Shown here one piece after another: positions 10,887 to 21,365 of a stretch of 64,000 nt of DNA; the first letter of the stretch is position 1, and the number at the start of each line of letters is the position of its first letter. Position numbers and translations under genes: made by a program. Source of the stretch: Candidatus Krumholzibacteriia bacterium (lineage in GTDB: Bacteria > Krumholzibacteriota > Krumholzibacteriia > Krumholzibacteriales > Krumholzibacteriaceae); contig CAWIIQ010000001.1 of NCBI GenBank assembly GCA_963836185.1, positions 2,016,001 through 2,080,000 on the forward strand. The letters are read 5' to 3'. Below the pieces are notes generated by a model. That model worked only from the letters and a program-made list of their open reading frames with translations. It ran no database searches and had not been told where the DNA came from.

Positions 10887-13800
10887 GGACTGTCCTTACC
10901 TCTCCGGTGTAATCCTTTTCCCTGTACCCGTTGTAATTTATTCCGAAACTGATGAACTTCGTGAACCTGTACTGTCCCACGACTGTCCAGTCCTGCCTCA
11001 GGCCATCCTCGAGGAAGAAGAGAGGTTTGCCCTCACTCGCCTTCTCATCTGTCAAGGTCAGCCGCAGAAGGGCATTGACATGGATCCTCGTCCCGATCGA
11101 TGCGTCGCAGGAGGGAGCGCCGAAGATCGAGACCTGCTCAGCCAGCGAGACTGCGTCCTTCCTCTCCTCCACGCCACCCTCCAGGGCGAGCCTGATCGAT
11201 GGTCTCAGCTTCCAGGCCAGTATCACCGAGCCCTCGAGGGATTCTACCCTGTACATCTGGCCAGCCGCCCCCGTGACCATTCGGGAACTCAACGAGGTCT
11301 GTCCCTGGAAAGTCAGGGTGAGCGAACTGACCGGGATCAGCTCGAACCTTCCCTGGATCTCCCTGCTGTATCTCTCTACAGAGACATCCTCGCTGCGGTT
11401 GTCCTCCTCATCCTCCCTGAAATAGACCAGCCTGAGATTGTAACCCTTCACATCCCCGAGAAAACCCCACTCCGTCCTGAAACTGTTTTTTCCGTAGAGC
11501 GTCCACTCATCTCTCTGCAGGACGGACGGGTCGAGAAGGTAGAGCTTCGCCAGCTCATCGCTGCGGGATCTCTCTACGACTGAGAAGAAGTTATCGACTG
11601 ATACGTTCCTTCTGATCCACTGCCACGTTCCGGTATCCTCGGAGAGCATGAGAGACAGGCCGCGAACGCCGCTCCCGATACTGAGCTTCCATGAGAGCTC
11701 CACCGTCCGGACGGGGACCACGTCCTCGGCTGGAAGGAAGATGATCATGTAGTCGCCCCTGTTCTGCCCGACCTCGCTGCCATCCTCGTCGTAATCGCCC
11801 TGGTTGTCGCCGACGTATACGACAGCCTTCTCTAGTTTTCTGTCGACTCCCGAGCTTATGCGGTAGCTCAGATCGTTCGTCATCGAGCCGGCCCACCATA
11901 CATCCCTGTACCTGAGCCTCGCGAGATCGTTCCTCGCGTTCCCGCCAGTATCTTCATATCTGGTGTTTCGCCTGCTCGCAACAAGCTCCACTATCGACTC
12001 TCCCGAGGTGAACCCCCCGTCGAACCTGATCTCGTCGTTCTCCCTCGACCTGAACCACTCCCCTCCCTCGTCCTCCATACTGTCGGTGTTCCTCATTGTA
12101 TAAGAAAGCGTCCCCCTGAAACTTCCCGCTCCCCTCCTGGACACAGAGAAAATATTCTGATAGTAGAACCTGCCCGTATCGGGAGCGTCGGAATTAAACG
12201 ACCGGTACCTTTCGGTATCGAATACGGCCCGCGGAAGGAGTTTCCAGAAACCGAACGCTCCATCCGCGTGCAGGTACCTCCTGTCCCGGCCGAGATCGTT
12301 CTTCGAATCGTAAGCCGCCGACTCCAGCCCGCGGTCGGCTTTGTCGCCGAAGGCCAGCGAAGCCTCGCCCTTCCTCGCCCCCGGCCCGTCCGTCCGCTCG
12401 AGCCTGTCATACCTTCCGGTGACCTTCCATAACGTCTCACTCTCCCATAACAGGTTCAGGCCCGAGATCTTCTCCGTTCCCTGGAGGGGAATGTCTGAAA
12501 GGTTCCAGTTCCTGTAAAAATACGCGCCCCTCGCCTGGTCGGGAGCGTGGAACCTCTCTTCGAGCGAGGAGTACTCTGCGAGCAGTGACAGCCTGGTAGA
12601 GCCTATCGACTGGTCCTTCACTCCGCCGCTGAGCCTGAGCGCCCCTCCTTCATTGTCGTCGTCATCGATACTGGACAGGACGTTCGCGTCGAAAATGGAT
12701 ATGTCCCCCTCCCCCGAGAAGAAGAGGCTCCCCTTCGCCGCGTCGATACCGAGGGAGATGACCTCCTTGCGCTCGGGCAGAGGGAGCGGTTTGCCGACGA
12801 GGTAATTACCGAGGCCGGGGCCGATATACACATACTTCACCTCGCCCCTCCTGGTAAATCCATCGGTGACGTAGTCACCTTTCCCGTCTCCCGCTTCGTA
12901 GAAGTCTACGATGAACGTCCCCCCCTCCTCAACGAACTCGAAATGCTCGGGCAGCGTATCGGCTGGAACGAGGATATATGCATCGAGAGCGTTCTCGACC
13001 GGCGTTATCCCCTCACTGACCGCACCCAGCGGATCGTCTCCCGCCCCGGCGATGATATCCTTCTCCTCGTCAGTTATCACGCCTCTCACCGGATCGTCGG
13101 GATCGTCTGATTCCCTGAAGTAGAATCCCCTCAGCGTAACCGCCCCACCCGCGAGAGGCGATGCCACGCCTCCAGTAAGCGTTGTCCTGCCGTACCCGTC
13201 CTCACCACTCTGGAATTCGACGATGATCTCCGAATCGGCCGATATCGTCACCCTTTCGGTGAATGTGATCGTCCCCCTGCCGTAATCTATGACGTAGTGG
13301 TTCTCCGCGCCGCGAAGCATCTCCATGCCGTCGAGAAATACCTTTTCCGTGCCCGGCAGTATGATCACGCCATTGAAACGCCTCGCGTCAAGAAGCTCGT
13401 ATGGCCCCTGGACACCCTCGATCCCGAAGAAATTCGATCTCTGGAACCTGCCCTTGGTTATCCCCCCCCCGGCGAAGAGTTCCTGGTTCCATGCGTTCAC
13501 CTTCACCGAGGCACCCCGCAGCTCCCGCTCGAATCGAGAGAAACTCGACCAGTTGTTCCCGCTGATAAAATCGCCGAAGTTCGTCTCCGTATGCCGGCTC
13601 TTGACCTGAACGGCGACCTTGTCGAGCTGCTTGAGCTCTTCAGTGTTGCCCTGGGGCTGGACGGGAAGATTGTCGTCGGTCAGATATGCCCGGACCTCGA
13701 GGTCCTTCGCCAGCTTTCCCATCATTGTCACCCGAAGACTCTGGTCGATGCCCAGGTCCTTGCCCGAGCCTCCCGAGAATCCGACAGTCTTGTTTCCGGA

Positions 13801-14262
13801 GAGCCTGAGCTTGTACGGATTGACTTGCGATTCGCTCTTACGGTCCACAGTGGAGATCTCGGGCATCGTGACCTGGTACTCGGGACGTTCCCCCGGAAAC
13901 CTCGATGCGAAGACGGGCGCGAAAGCGAACGGGTAGCGCTTCCACCTGACCTCGAGTATCTCGCCTCCTGAAGGAGGCTCGACAAGTATCAGCGAGCCCT
14001 TGAGTACATTTATCCTGTAATCCGTTTCCCTCCGAAGCGGCAGGCCATCGATGGTCAGCGAGTCGCTCCCCGCTATGATGAACGACACTCCGAGATCGAT
14101 GCGGGTCATACCCTCGGAAAGAACGATCCTCTTCGACTCTACATAGTGGTCGCGCACCGGCGCCATCACGCGCAGGTTCCCATCCTCCGTCGCCGAAGCC
14201 TGTCCGGCGGCCAGAAATGTCAGGAGAACGGCTGCCTGAAGTCGAAAGGAACTCATGGTCAT
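10852..14262 (-). CDS. Large (1136 aa) exported protein, probably an OM beta-barrel of unknown function
   Basis: Signal peptide; repeated DYRINVLKGSLIL / YVIDYGRGTITF motifs; amphipathic beta-rich C-half; ends RAYF. Confidence 0.7.
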   Translation of the reverse strand: MTMSSFRLQAAVLLTFLAAGQASATEDGNLRVMAPVRDHYVESKRIVLSEGMTRIDLGVSFIIAGSDSLTIDGLPLRRETDYRINVLKGSLILVEPPSGGEILEVRWKRYPFAFAPVFASRFPGERPEYQVTMPEISTVDRKSESQVNPYKLRLSGNKTVGFSGGSGKDLGIDQSLRVTMMGKLAKDLEVRAYLTDDNLPVQPQGNTEELKQLDKVAVQVKSRHTETNFGDFISGNNWSSFSRFERELRGASVKVNAWNQELFAGGGITKGRFQRSNFFGIEGVQGPYELLDARRFNGVIILPGTEKVFLDGMEMLRGAENHYVIDYGRGTITFTERVTISADSEIIVEFQSGEDGYGRTTLTGGVASPLAGGAVTLRGFYFRESDDPDDPVRGVITDEEKDIIAGAGDDPLGAVSEGITPVENALDAYILVPADTLPEHFEFVEEGGTFIVDFYEAGDGKGDYVTDGFTRRGEVKYVYIGPGLGNYLVGKPLPLPERKEVISLGIDAAKGSLFFSGEGDISIFDANVLSSIDDDDNEGGALRLSGGVKDQSIGSTRLSLLAEYSSLEERFHAPDQARGAYFYRNWNLSDIPLQGTEKISGLNLLWESETLWKVTGRYDRLERTDGPGARKGEASLAFGDKADRGLESAAYDSKNDLGRDRRYLHADGAFGFWKLLPRAVFDTERYRSFNSDAPDTGRFYYQNIFSVSRRGAGSFRGTLSYTMRNTDSMEDEGGEWFRSRENDEIRFDGGFTSGESIVELVASRRNTRYEDTGGNARNDLARLRYRDVWWAGSMTNDLSYRISSGVDRKLEKAVVYVGDNQGDYDEDGSEVGQNRGDYMIIFLPAEDVVPVRTVELSWKLSIGSGVRGLSLMLSEDTGTWQWIRRNVSVDNFFSVVERSRSDELAKLYLLDPSVLQRDEWTLYGKNSFRTEWGFLGDVKGYNLRLVYFREDEEDNRSEDVSVERYSREIQGRFELIPVSSLTLTFQGQTSLSSRMVTGAAGQMYRVESLEGSVILAWKLRPSIRLALEGGVEERKDAVSLAEQVSIFGAPSCDASIGTRIHVNALLRLTLTDEKASEGKPLFFLEDGLRQDWTVVGQYRFTKFISFGINYNGYREKDYTGEVRTVHAFKLESRAYF

Positions 14263-15179
14263 TTACCGGGGTAGTCTAGACGATATACGAGGATCGACCT
14301 CGTCTTGAGGTCGGCGACGTAAAGGCGGAAGTCCCATGAGACCGCCACCGCAGAGGGCCTGATATCTTCCCCTTCGCCTATCGTCAGCACGTGGTCGAGC
14401 GAAGGGGTAAATCCGTAGACCCGGCCCGATCCCGGGTCGGCCACAAAGAGATAACCGTCGAGCCCGCCGCAGACGTACCGGGGAGATCTCATCTCTTCCC
14501 CATCGGCGAGAAGAGCGTACCCCTCGAAACCTCCCGAGCCTCCCAGGATCTGCACGCGGGCATTCCCGAATTCCGCCACGGCGATCTTCTCATCACCGAA
14601 CAGGGCGGCCTTTACCGGCTTCTCGAAACTGCCGTCCGCCCAGCCGTACTCCCCCGTCTTTATCTCCACATCGAGAAGGGGCGACCAGACTGTCAGGCTG
14701 TGATTCTCGAGATCGGTCGTAAGAAGCCGTCCGCCCGTGCTGCTCGTCAGGGAAGCGGGTTTCATCCTCTCATACTTGGAGAACTCGATAAGCACATCGA
14801 GCCAGGCTCCCTTGTATTCATACCTCAGTATCCTGTTGCCCGCGTAATCGAGCACGTATACGAACGTGCCGTGCGCCGCTACGTCCAGGGGGTAGAATCC
14901 CGCATCGAGATCCGGCGCCTCGAATTCGAGAGGGGTCCCATCGCGCGAATACCTGTATACCTTTCCCGCCATCGGGTCGGCGACAAGGATGAATCCCCTG
15001 TCATCGACAGAGAGGCCGAGCGGCTCGCGCAGTTTCCCCGCACCGATGACGATATCGAGCCGCTCCGCGCGGAGCGGCTCCGCCGCGGCGACTGAAGTGG
15101 AGTCATCCCCGGCACGCGCGCCGGCGGCCAGCGTGACTACGCAAAGCAGGATGCATGACGTTATCGAAGGAGTTTTCAT
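14259..15179 (-). CDS. Exported NHL-repeat beta-propeller protein
   Basis: Repeats PLGLSVD..ILVAD, PRYV..LFVAD, PSAVAV..LYVAD; signal peptide. Confidence 0.85.
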   Translation of the reverse strand: MKTPSITSCILLCVVTLAAGARAGDDSTSVAAAEPLRAERLDIVIGAGKLREPLGLSVDDRGFILVADPMAGKVYRYSRDGTPLEFEAPDLDAGFYPLDVAAHGTFVYVLDYAGNRILRYEYKGAWLDVLIEFSKYERMKPASLTSSTGGRLLTTDLENHSLTVWSPLLDVEIKTGEYGWADGSFEKPVKAALFGDEKIAVAEFGNARVQILGGSGGFEGYALLADGEEMRSPRYVCGGLDGYLFVADPGSGRVYGFTPSLDHVLTIGEGEDIRPSAVAVSWDFRLYVADLKTRSILVYRLDYPGK

Positions 15180-15210
15180 CTGACGTCCGTTTCCCCGCGA
15201 CGGTGGATCG

Positions 15211-16005
15211 TCAGAACGGTTTGTTGACCGCGAAAAAGAATCCGCCCGGTCTCGGTCCCGCCTCGATCCTCACGGGAATGTTCGACGAGGTTTCGGCGTC
15301 ATTCGCCGACTTCCGGGCAATATAGACCGCGTCTACAGAGCTGACGACCCTGAGCGCGAAGAGATAAAAAGCCGAGTAAATCGCGTAGCGTTCGGCATCC
15401 TCGCTGTCGCCCCTGAGGGTGTTGAAGTTGTGCTGGGCCTCGGACGAGCTCCACCGCCACGACATCTCCGTCGTGATATAGTTATCGAGGTAATAGCTGT
15501 CCATCGCCTCCTGATCGGGGTAGTACAGGTCGCGGGCCTCGCGCCTGACATACTCGTTGTATCCACCGGGGCCGTCGCTGCTTATCCACCTGCCGACATT
15601 CTCGTAATAACTCTGGTCATACCCGGTGCCGTTGACACCCGCGTAAGCCTGGGCGTAATCATTGTAGGCGTCCTCTTTGGAATCAGACCTGTAGAGAGAT
15701 GTCCCGAGCATCAGCCAGCCAGCGCCCTCCAGAGCGAAATATACATATGCCCTCTTCTTTCGCCCCATCCTGTACTGTCCCAGGCCGGGAAGCAGGAAAC
15801 TCCACGCGCCCTCTGCGGCGGGAGAGTATGTCCCGACCGCGGGGGCGGTATCGTCTTCCTGGGGCAGACCTTCAGAGGCAAGGTGGTAGCCGTAGCCGCC
15901 GGCACCAGCCTCCGATGAAAGCTCTGTAGAGAATGATCCGGCTTTCAACGCTCCCGGGGAGGCTGTCACGATCACAAGCAGAAATATTGTAAGCTTCTTC
16001 ATCAT
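15211..16005 (-). CDS. Exported/membrane hypothetical protein, paralogue of the upstream gene
   Basis: SFLLPGLGQY, YYENVG, RVVSSVDA; signal peptide; ends in F. Confidence 0.75.
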   Translation of the reverse strand: MMKKLTIFLLVIVTASPGALKAGSFSTELSSEAGAGGYGYHLASEGLPQEDDTAPAVGTYSPAAEGAWSFLLPGLGQYRMGRKKRAYVYFALEGAGWLMLGTSLYRSDSKEDAYNDYAQAYAGVNGTGYDQSYYENVGRWISSDGPGGYNEYVRREARDLYYPDQEAMDSYYLDNYITTEMSWRWSSSEAQHNFNTLRGDSEDAERYAIYSAFYLFALRVVSSVDAVYIARKSANDAETSSNIPVRIEAGPRPGGFFFAVNKPF

Positions 16006-16012
16006 AATCTCC

Positions 16013-16933
16013 CTAGAAACGATAATTGACCCCGACCGCGGAATACTCCAGTCCCGGCCGGAATTCGAGCGTCAGGCCCTTGTCGTCGTAAACGCCCTTG
16101 TTGTACCTGTAGGCGAGGTAGCCTGCATCGAGCATCGAGACGACACGGTTCAGTATCAGTGCCATCACGTAGCGGTCCGCCGTGAGAAGATAATCGTCAC
16201 TCTCGGTACGCATCGCCCAGTAGCTCGTCCTGTTCGGGGTCCATGCTTCGACATTTTCGTAGTCCCCGTTCCAGTCGTCCCACCCGAAGGAAAAGGCGTC
16301 GTATTTTCCCATGTTCTCGTAATATTCCTCGTGATCGAGCTCTTTCGGGATATACACGAAGTAATAGTAATCCCCCTTGGCATCCTCGTTGTACTGCTGC
16401 CAGCTGTCGCATCCGCCGATCCCGTCGCAGTAGGGATGCTGCAGGAGGAACCTCTCCTCGCTCCAGTGCTCGTCACCGAACCTCTCGTACTCGGCTTTGA
16501 TTTCCTTGCCCTTGTCATAGTTATCCCGGTAAGAGTACCAGAAGAATATGTCCAGCCCGATGAATATCGGTGTCCTTATATAGTGTGAGAGCTTATTCGA
16601 GCCGGTGGCGACGTAAAGCTCGCCCATTCCGGGAATGATCACCGACGAAAGCATGGCGAGGCCGATGTTTCTGCTGGACCGCGTCGAGACGGCCGCACCC
16701 GCTTCCTGGGCCCCCGCTCTCTGCGCGGCGAGCTCCTCACGCGAGACCACGGGTGTCTCGAGCTTCGTTCCCGTAAGCCTCAGCGTCTCGGTCATCTCGT
16801 ATTTCTCGAGATCGAACGCCCGGTGGTCAGTGTCTTTAGACGCGTCCGCGGCCGGAACAGGTGCGGCATGTGCCTGTGGCAGAAGGCCCGCGAGGAGCAG
16901 GGCAAGCAGGCAGCTGATGATAAAACGCATCAA
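16013..16933 (-). CDS. Exported/membrane hypothetical protein, paralogue of the downstream gene
   Basis: SVIIPGMGELY, YYENMG, RVVSMLDA; signal peptide; ends in F. Confidence 0.75.
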   Translation of the reverse strand: MMRFIISCLLALLLAGLLPQAHAAPVPAADASKDTDHRAFDLEKYEMTETLRLTGTKLETPVVSREELAAQRAGAQEAGAAVSTRSSRNIGLAMLSSVIIPGMGELYVATGSNKLSHYIRTPIFIGLDIFFWYSYRDNYDKGKEIKAEYERFGDEHWSEERFLLQHPYCDGIGGCDSWQQYNEDAKGDYYYFVYIPKELDHEEYYENMGKYDAFSFGWDDWNGDYENVEAWTPNRTSYWAMRTESDDYLLTADRYVMALILNRVVSMLDAGYLAYRYNKGVYDDKGLTLEFRPGLEYSAVGVNYRF

Positions 16934-16946
16934 TATCCTCCGGTCG

Positions 16947-19900
16947 TTAATTGACGATCGCGAACTTTTTCCTCGTCTCCACCGTCGTGCCGCCCGAGGT
17001 GACGACGATGCGGCAGAGATAGATCCCTGACGCCTCTCCTGTCATACTCACGGCGAACTCGGCCTGGCCCCCGGACAACGGCATCGATTCTCCGAGGACC
17101 TTCTCTCCCTCGATAGTGAATATATCGAGAGTGGCCTCTCCCTCATCGGGTGCTGTAAAGTGGAAAGCCACCCGGTCCCCGTTCGAGGGACTGGGGTATA
17201 TCACGAGGTTCTGCTCGAGGTCGGCCCACTGCGGCTGCTCGATGGTGAATCCGGATGACGGCTCGACCCATGAGTCACGGTCCGCGCCGCCGTAGACCGA
17301 GGTCCACGATCCCCGCATACCGAACGCTCCGAATGGAGTCTGCTGCCATCTCGCCCTGCCGCTTTCGGGCCTCCAGGCCCCGAATCCGCTATCTTCCTTG
17401 TTGAAGACGAGATCGATCCATGAAAAGTATTCCGTATCGGTAAGATCGACCGGCTCGATGAATGTACCGGCGAGCTTTCTCGGCCATCCCTGTTCCAGTT
17501 CGCCCTCATGATCTATCATATACATGATTCCCGCGTCCGTCCCCGCCAGGATCCACGCCCCGGTCGAATTGGAGGCAGTCACGGGCGGCACTGTTATGTT
17601 TACCGTTACGGGAAGCTGATAGACTCCGTTATTAAGGTCCCTCGGCCACCCCGTGATATTCGCTCCCGACGGATCGATGACGTATATCGAGCTCCCGTCC
17701 GTACAGACCAGATCGAGTTTTCCGTCGCCGTTAATATCCTGTACAGCAGGGGGATAAGGTATCGAGCTTCCGAGACTTCTTTCGCTGATCATGCCGTCCA
17801 TACCGTAGAGGAGGACCCTCCCCGTAGATGCCGTAATGATCCATATCTCGGCCACTCCAATTCCCGGAACGATATCTCCTCCGGCGAGAAATATCTCTCC
17901 CGAAAGATCCGAATGCGAAAGCGCGATGTCGCCCGAGATGTATCTGCAATATTCAAGTCCTTCGTCGGTGATCGGGCAGCTTATCAACCGGGCACCTGAA
18001 CAGCCTTCTCCCGTGCATTCGATCAATGCGATGACCGCGATCGCCTCACCGGACCTGTCCTTCTCGACGACGAGGTTCCCTGTGACGCTGTAACCTGAAG
18101 GAAGAGAAGCCGGATAACCGACTTCAAGCCCGTCCGTATCTATCATGTAGATCAGCCCGTCCTTTTCGGCGGCGATCACGTAGACGCCGTGCGAAGTACC
18201 GACCGGCACGGGGAACGCTGCCAGCGTATCGAGCATGACGGGCCAGGAGGGGCACTCTGTCCAGTCATCCACGCTGAGCGCATGGATCGATCCATCCTTC
18301 TGAGAGGCCAGGACAGCTCCCGAGGCGCTGCCGTTGCATCCGGTGAAATCCTGAATATGAGCCGCTGGAGTCATCGCCGGCCCGCCGAGATCGAAGACAG
18401 GCGACGGGTTCCCGGGCAGCCAGCCTTTGCCTGTATCGTCTATGATCAGTGAGTTTTCCTGTCCGGCCAGGGGCAATACCCCGAAAATCGCCGGAGTGAA
18501 GCCCCCGGGGATCATCTTCGTCTCGGATCTCTCCTGGCAGCCGGCTCCGAATGTCATCAGCGTATCCCTGCCGGTTACATTCTCGAGGCTCAGGCCGCTT
18601 CTCACCTGCCAGTTGCTCCAGGCCGGCGGAAGGGTCTCGTCGTTCATCTCCGTACTGTTTCCATCGTAGAACGCGTCGTCGTACCAGCCCATCCCGAACC
18701 TCGAAGTCGGATCGCCGAGATCGACGACACCGTTAGCCTCGATTAGCGCGACGCCGAAGGGCCAGCGGGAGTTGACCTCGTTGTCCTCCCACCTGCGCTC
18801 GATGAAGTACTCGTCGACGTGCCAGACAAGCAGCCCCGGCCCCCATTCGGGCCCGGGGTACGGCTCCTCGGTCGGGAGCAGGTAGTCGTACCCGTTCGTG
18901 TATTCCCAGTCGATCTCTTCGGGGAAGCCGGCCCCGCAGTTCATGCAGTTGCCCGGCCCCAGAATAACGCCCGTGACCTCGTCGGTCACGAACCCGGTGT
19001 AGAGCCCGTCGAGCTCGGCTGCCCTGTTCTCGATGAGCCAGTACTCGTCGGCTGACATCTCGACTCGTACGCCCCTCGAGGGGCATTTGCCCGAAGCGGA
19101 CAGGGAGATCGCGTCATCGAAGGTGCCTATCGTATCCACGCTCATCCATCCGAGGAAATATTTCGACCACGCGCTGAGCCCGCCGGGCATGAACCCTTCC
19201 GCGTAGTACTCTCCACCTTCCGCGTCGACGAGGATAGCGCCGAGCTGGCCGCCGCTGTCCATATTGTCGAACACGCCGATGGACGCGTAATTCGTATAGG
19301 TGTCGTAGAGATCGGGAAGTCCGAGCTGGTGCCCGAACTCGTGGGCAAGGACCGCGGCGATCCCGCCGTTGTAGCCATCCTGTATCGCCGTCTCGGGGAC
19401 CACAGACATCTCGGTGATCACATACCCGTCCTCGATGATTATCTCGTCGCCATCGCCCAGCCTCGCGTAGAAGGACGGCACGTCGTTGGGGCTGTTCCCG
19501 AGGACGTCGCTCTGCAGATTAGCCCCGGCGTGCGCCAGCACGATCGCGTCGTAGTCGCTGAGCCTGACGGGGTATCCATCCGCCCGCAGGGAATCGTCGC
19601 ACGCGATGATGGCGTCGTGAACAAAATTCACAAGACTCTCGATAGTCCAGTATCCGCCCTTTCCCGGGCCGTAGTCGGCCAGGTCGGAAAGCTTGTAACT
19701 CCCGTTCTCGCCGGAAGGAATAATATCCCAGTTTATCTCGGTGGCCCCGCACGATTGGAAATCCCAGTAACGTGCCATGGCGTCCATATGTGAATCGAAG
19801 TATGCCCTGTTGTGTGGAGTCGGATCGATGATAGAGGTCCCTGCCTCAGTGAGATCGAAGTCTCCACCTGTCCTCATGCTCGTAAGGCTGCCCGACCTGT

Positions 19901-20216
19901 CGGTCTCGAACGACACCCTGATCACTACGACGTTCCATGTATCGGCAGGCGCGGCAGGACCCTGAAGCATCCTTCTTTCCGCGGCGTCTCTCGTTCGCCT
20001 CAGCCCCATGATCGACGGACGGTCGAAGCCGAATATCCTGGCCCCGGTCACAGCTCCATCGGGAAGGACCGATTCGCGCCCGGTGCTGTACAGCCCTCCG
20101 GCATGCCGTTCCAGAACCGGTACGGAACGGTCATCGGCCCCGAGCGCGCCCGCCTGAAGGACGGCTGTCAAGCACAGGATTATTACACCGGCAGGCTTTC
20201 TTATACGGTCAGCCAT
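16947..20216 (-). CDS. M6 (immune inhibitor A-like) metalloprotease with FG-GAP repeat and T9SS-type C-terminal domain
   Basis: HEFGHQLGLPDLY, HAG, EYWLIENR, GLLVWHVDE; DINGDGKLDLV; C-terminal IYPSP...GIYLCRI...KKFAIV. Confidence 0.9.
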   Translation of the reverse strand: MADRIRKPAGVIILCLTAVLQAGALGADDRSVPVLERHAGGLYSTGRESVLPDGAVTGARIFGFDRPSIMGLRRTRDAAERRMLQGPAAPADTWNVVVIRVSFETDRSGSLTSMRTGGDFDLTEAGTSIIDPTPHNRAYFDSHMDAMARYWDFQSCGATEINWDIIPSGENGSYKLSDLADYGPGKGGYWTIESLVNFVHDAIIACDDSLRADGYPVRLSDYDAIVLAHAGANLQSDVLGNSPNDVPSFYARLGDGDEIIIEDGYVITEMSVVPETAIQDGYNGGIAAVLAHEFGHQLGLPDLYDTYTNYASIGVFDNMDSGGQLGAILVDAEGGEYYAEGFMPGGLSAWSKYFLGWMSVDTIGTFDDAISLSASGKCPSRGVRVEMSADEYWLIENRAAELDGLYTGFVTDEVTGVILGPGNCMNCGAGFPEEIDWEYTNGYDYLLPTEEPYPGPEWGPGLLVWHVDEYFIERRWEDNEVNSRWPFGVALIEANGVVDLGDPTSRFGMGWYDDAFYDGNSTEMNDETLPPAWSNWQVRSGLSLENVTGRDTLMTFGAGCQERSETKMIPGGFTPAIFGVLPLAGQENSLIIDDTGKGWLPGNPSPVFDLGGPAMTPAAHIQDFTGCNGSASGAVLASQKDGSIHALSVDDWTECPSWPVMLDTLAAFPVPVGTSHGVYVIAAEKDGLIYMIDTDGLEVGYPASLPSGYSVTGNLVVEKDRSGEAIAVIALIECTGEGCSGARLISCPITDEGLEYCRYISGDIALSHSDLSGEIFLAGGDIVPGIGVAEIWIITASTGRVLLYGMDGMISERSLGSSIPYPPAVQDINGDGKLDLVCTDGSSIYVIDPSGANITGWPRDLNNGVYQLPVTVNITVPPVTASNSTGAWILAGTDAGIMYMIDHEGELEQGWPRKLAGTFIEPVDLTDTEYFSWIDLVFNKEDSGFGAWRPESGRARWQQTPFGAFGMRGSWTSVYGGADRDSWVEPSSGFTIEQPQWADLEQNLVIYPSPSNGDRVAFHFTAPDEGEATLDIFTIEGEKVLGESMPLSGGQAEFAVSMTGEASGIYLCRIVVTSGGTTVETRKKFAIVN

Positions 20217-20245
20217 CAGTTGAAGAATTGCCTTTCCCAGGGTTA

Positions 20246-21241
20246 TCAGAAGTTAACACCAAGGGACCAGCGGTGGACTCTCGCGAGCTCCTCCGCCTGT
20301 GGAACACTGGCCCAGTCTATCCTTACACGGTCATTGAATACGAATCCGAGACCATACGTCATCGCCTTGATATTTCCATCCTGGTCATGGATGTACCCGA
20401 GACGCAGCGCGATCAGGTTCGTATAGAGGAATTCCGTTCCGATGTGATACGTATTGGAACGATCCCATTCGACCATGGGCCTGTTGATCTCCCCTGTGAT
20501 GAACCACTTGCCGACATCGCTCCAGACAGGGGCCCACGCGAGGCTCGCCCTGAGGTTACTCGGCAGAGGGGCAGCCTGGTCCCTGTTCATGTATGTTATC
20601 GAAGGCCCGAGGTTCGAGACAGCCAGGCCGAGGCTCATCCTTCTGATCTTGGCGCTGCTGATGCCGAAATCGGGGATCTTCCACAAGGCGCCGAAATCAA
20701 CGGCTACAGAGCTTCCCGTTCCCTCGGTCCCTTCCAGCGTGGCCCATGCGGGCGCCAGGCTGACATAGATGAACTTCAGGTTCATCCCGAGCGACAGCTG
20801 GTTGCCGAGTTTCACCGCACCGCCGATCATGGGAGCGATCTCCCACGATGAGGCGGTCCCGAGCTCCTCGGGAGTCGTACCAGTCACGGTCCATTCTCCG
20901 TATGTGAGGTACTGGATGGCGAATCCGATCGTCCCGATCCCCTTTATCTTGTAGATACCACCGATATATTCGAAGAAGACATCTGAGGCGAGATCAGGGA
21001 CGAGCTGGGAATGCATAAGGTCGATCGCATGGTGCTCGGCAAACGCCATTCCAGCGGGGTTCCACCACATCGCGGTCGCGTCATCGGCAATCGCCCCGAA
21101 GCTCTGTCCCATCCCGTTGGCTCTCGCTCCGGGAGGGATGATGAGGCTTCCCGCTCCCGACTCCCCCTGCGCGAATGCCGCGGAAGAGGCAGTGACGATA
21201 ACGAACAATGAGATGATTATCAACCTTATCGATTTTACCAT
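20246..21241 (-). CDS. porV: PorV/PorQ-family outer membrane protein (T9SS shuttle-like)
   Basis: LIIPPGARANGMG..AIADDATAMWWNPAG N-terminal signature; ends in F; adjacent to porU. Confidence 0.85.
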   Translation of the reverse strand: MVKSIRLIIISLFVIVTASSAAFAQGESGAGSLIIPPGARANGMGQSFGAIADDATAMWWNPAGMAFAEHHAIDLMHSQLVPDLASDVFFEYIGGIYKIKGIGTIGFAIQYLTYGEWTVTGTTPEELGTASSWEIAPMIGGAVKLGNQLSLGMNLKFIYVSLAPAWATLEGTEGTGSSVAVDFGALWKIPDFGISSAKIRRMSLGLAVSNLGPSITYMNRDQAAPLPSNLRASLAWAPVWSDVGKWFITGEINRPMVEWDRSNTYHIGTEFLYTNLIALRLGYIHDQDGNIKAMTYGLGFVFNDRVRIDWASVPQAEELARVHRWSLGVNF

Positions 21242-21365
21242 AATCCGGATTCTCCTTTTTGTTGGCCTTCTTAGTAAATTAAGTATCTGAAAACTTCCCG
21301 GTCAAGCGATTAAGGCTGAGCCGGGAAACACTTTCCGTTGTGATAAATAATATTTTCACAAATGG

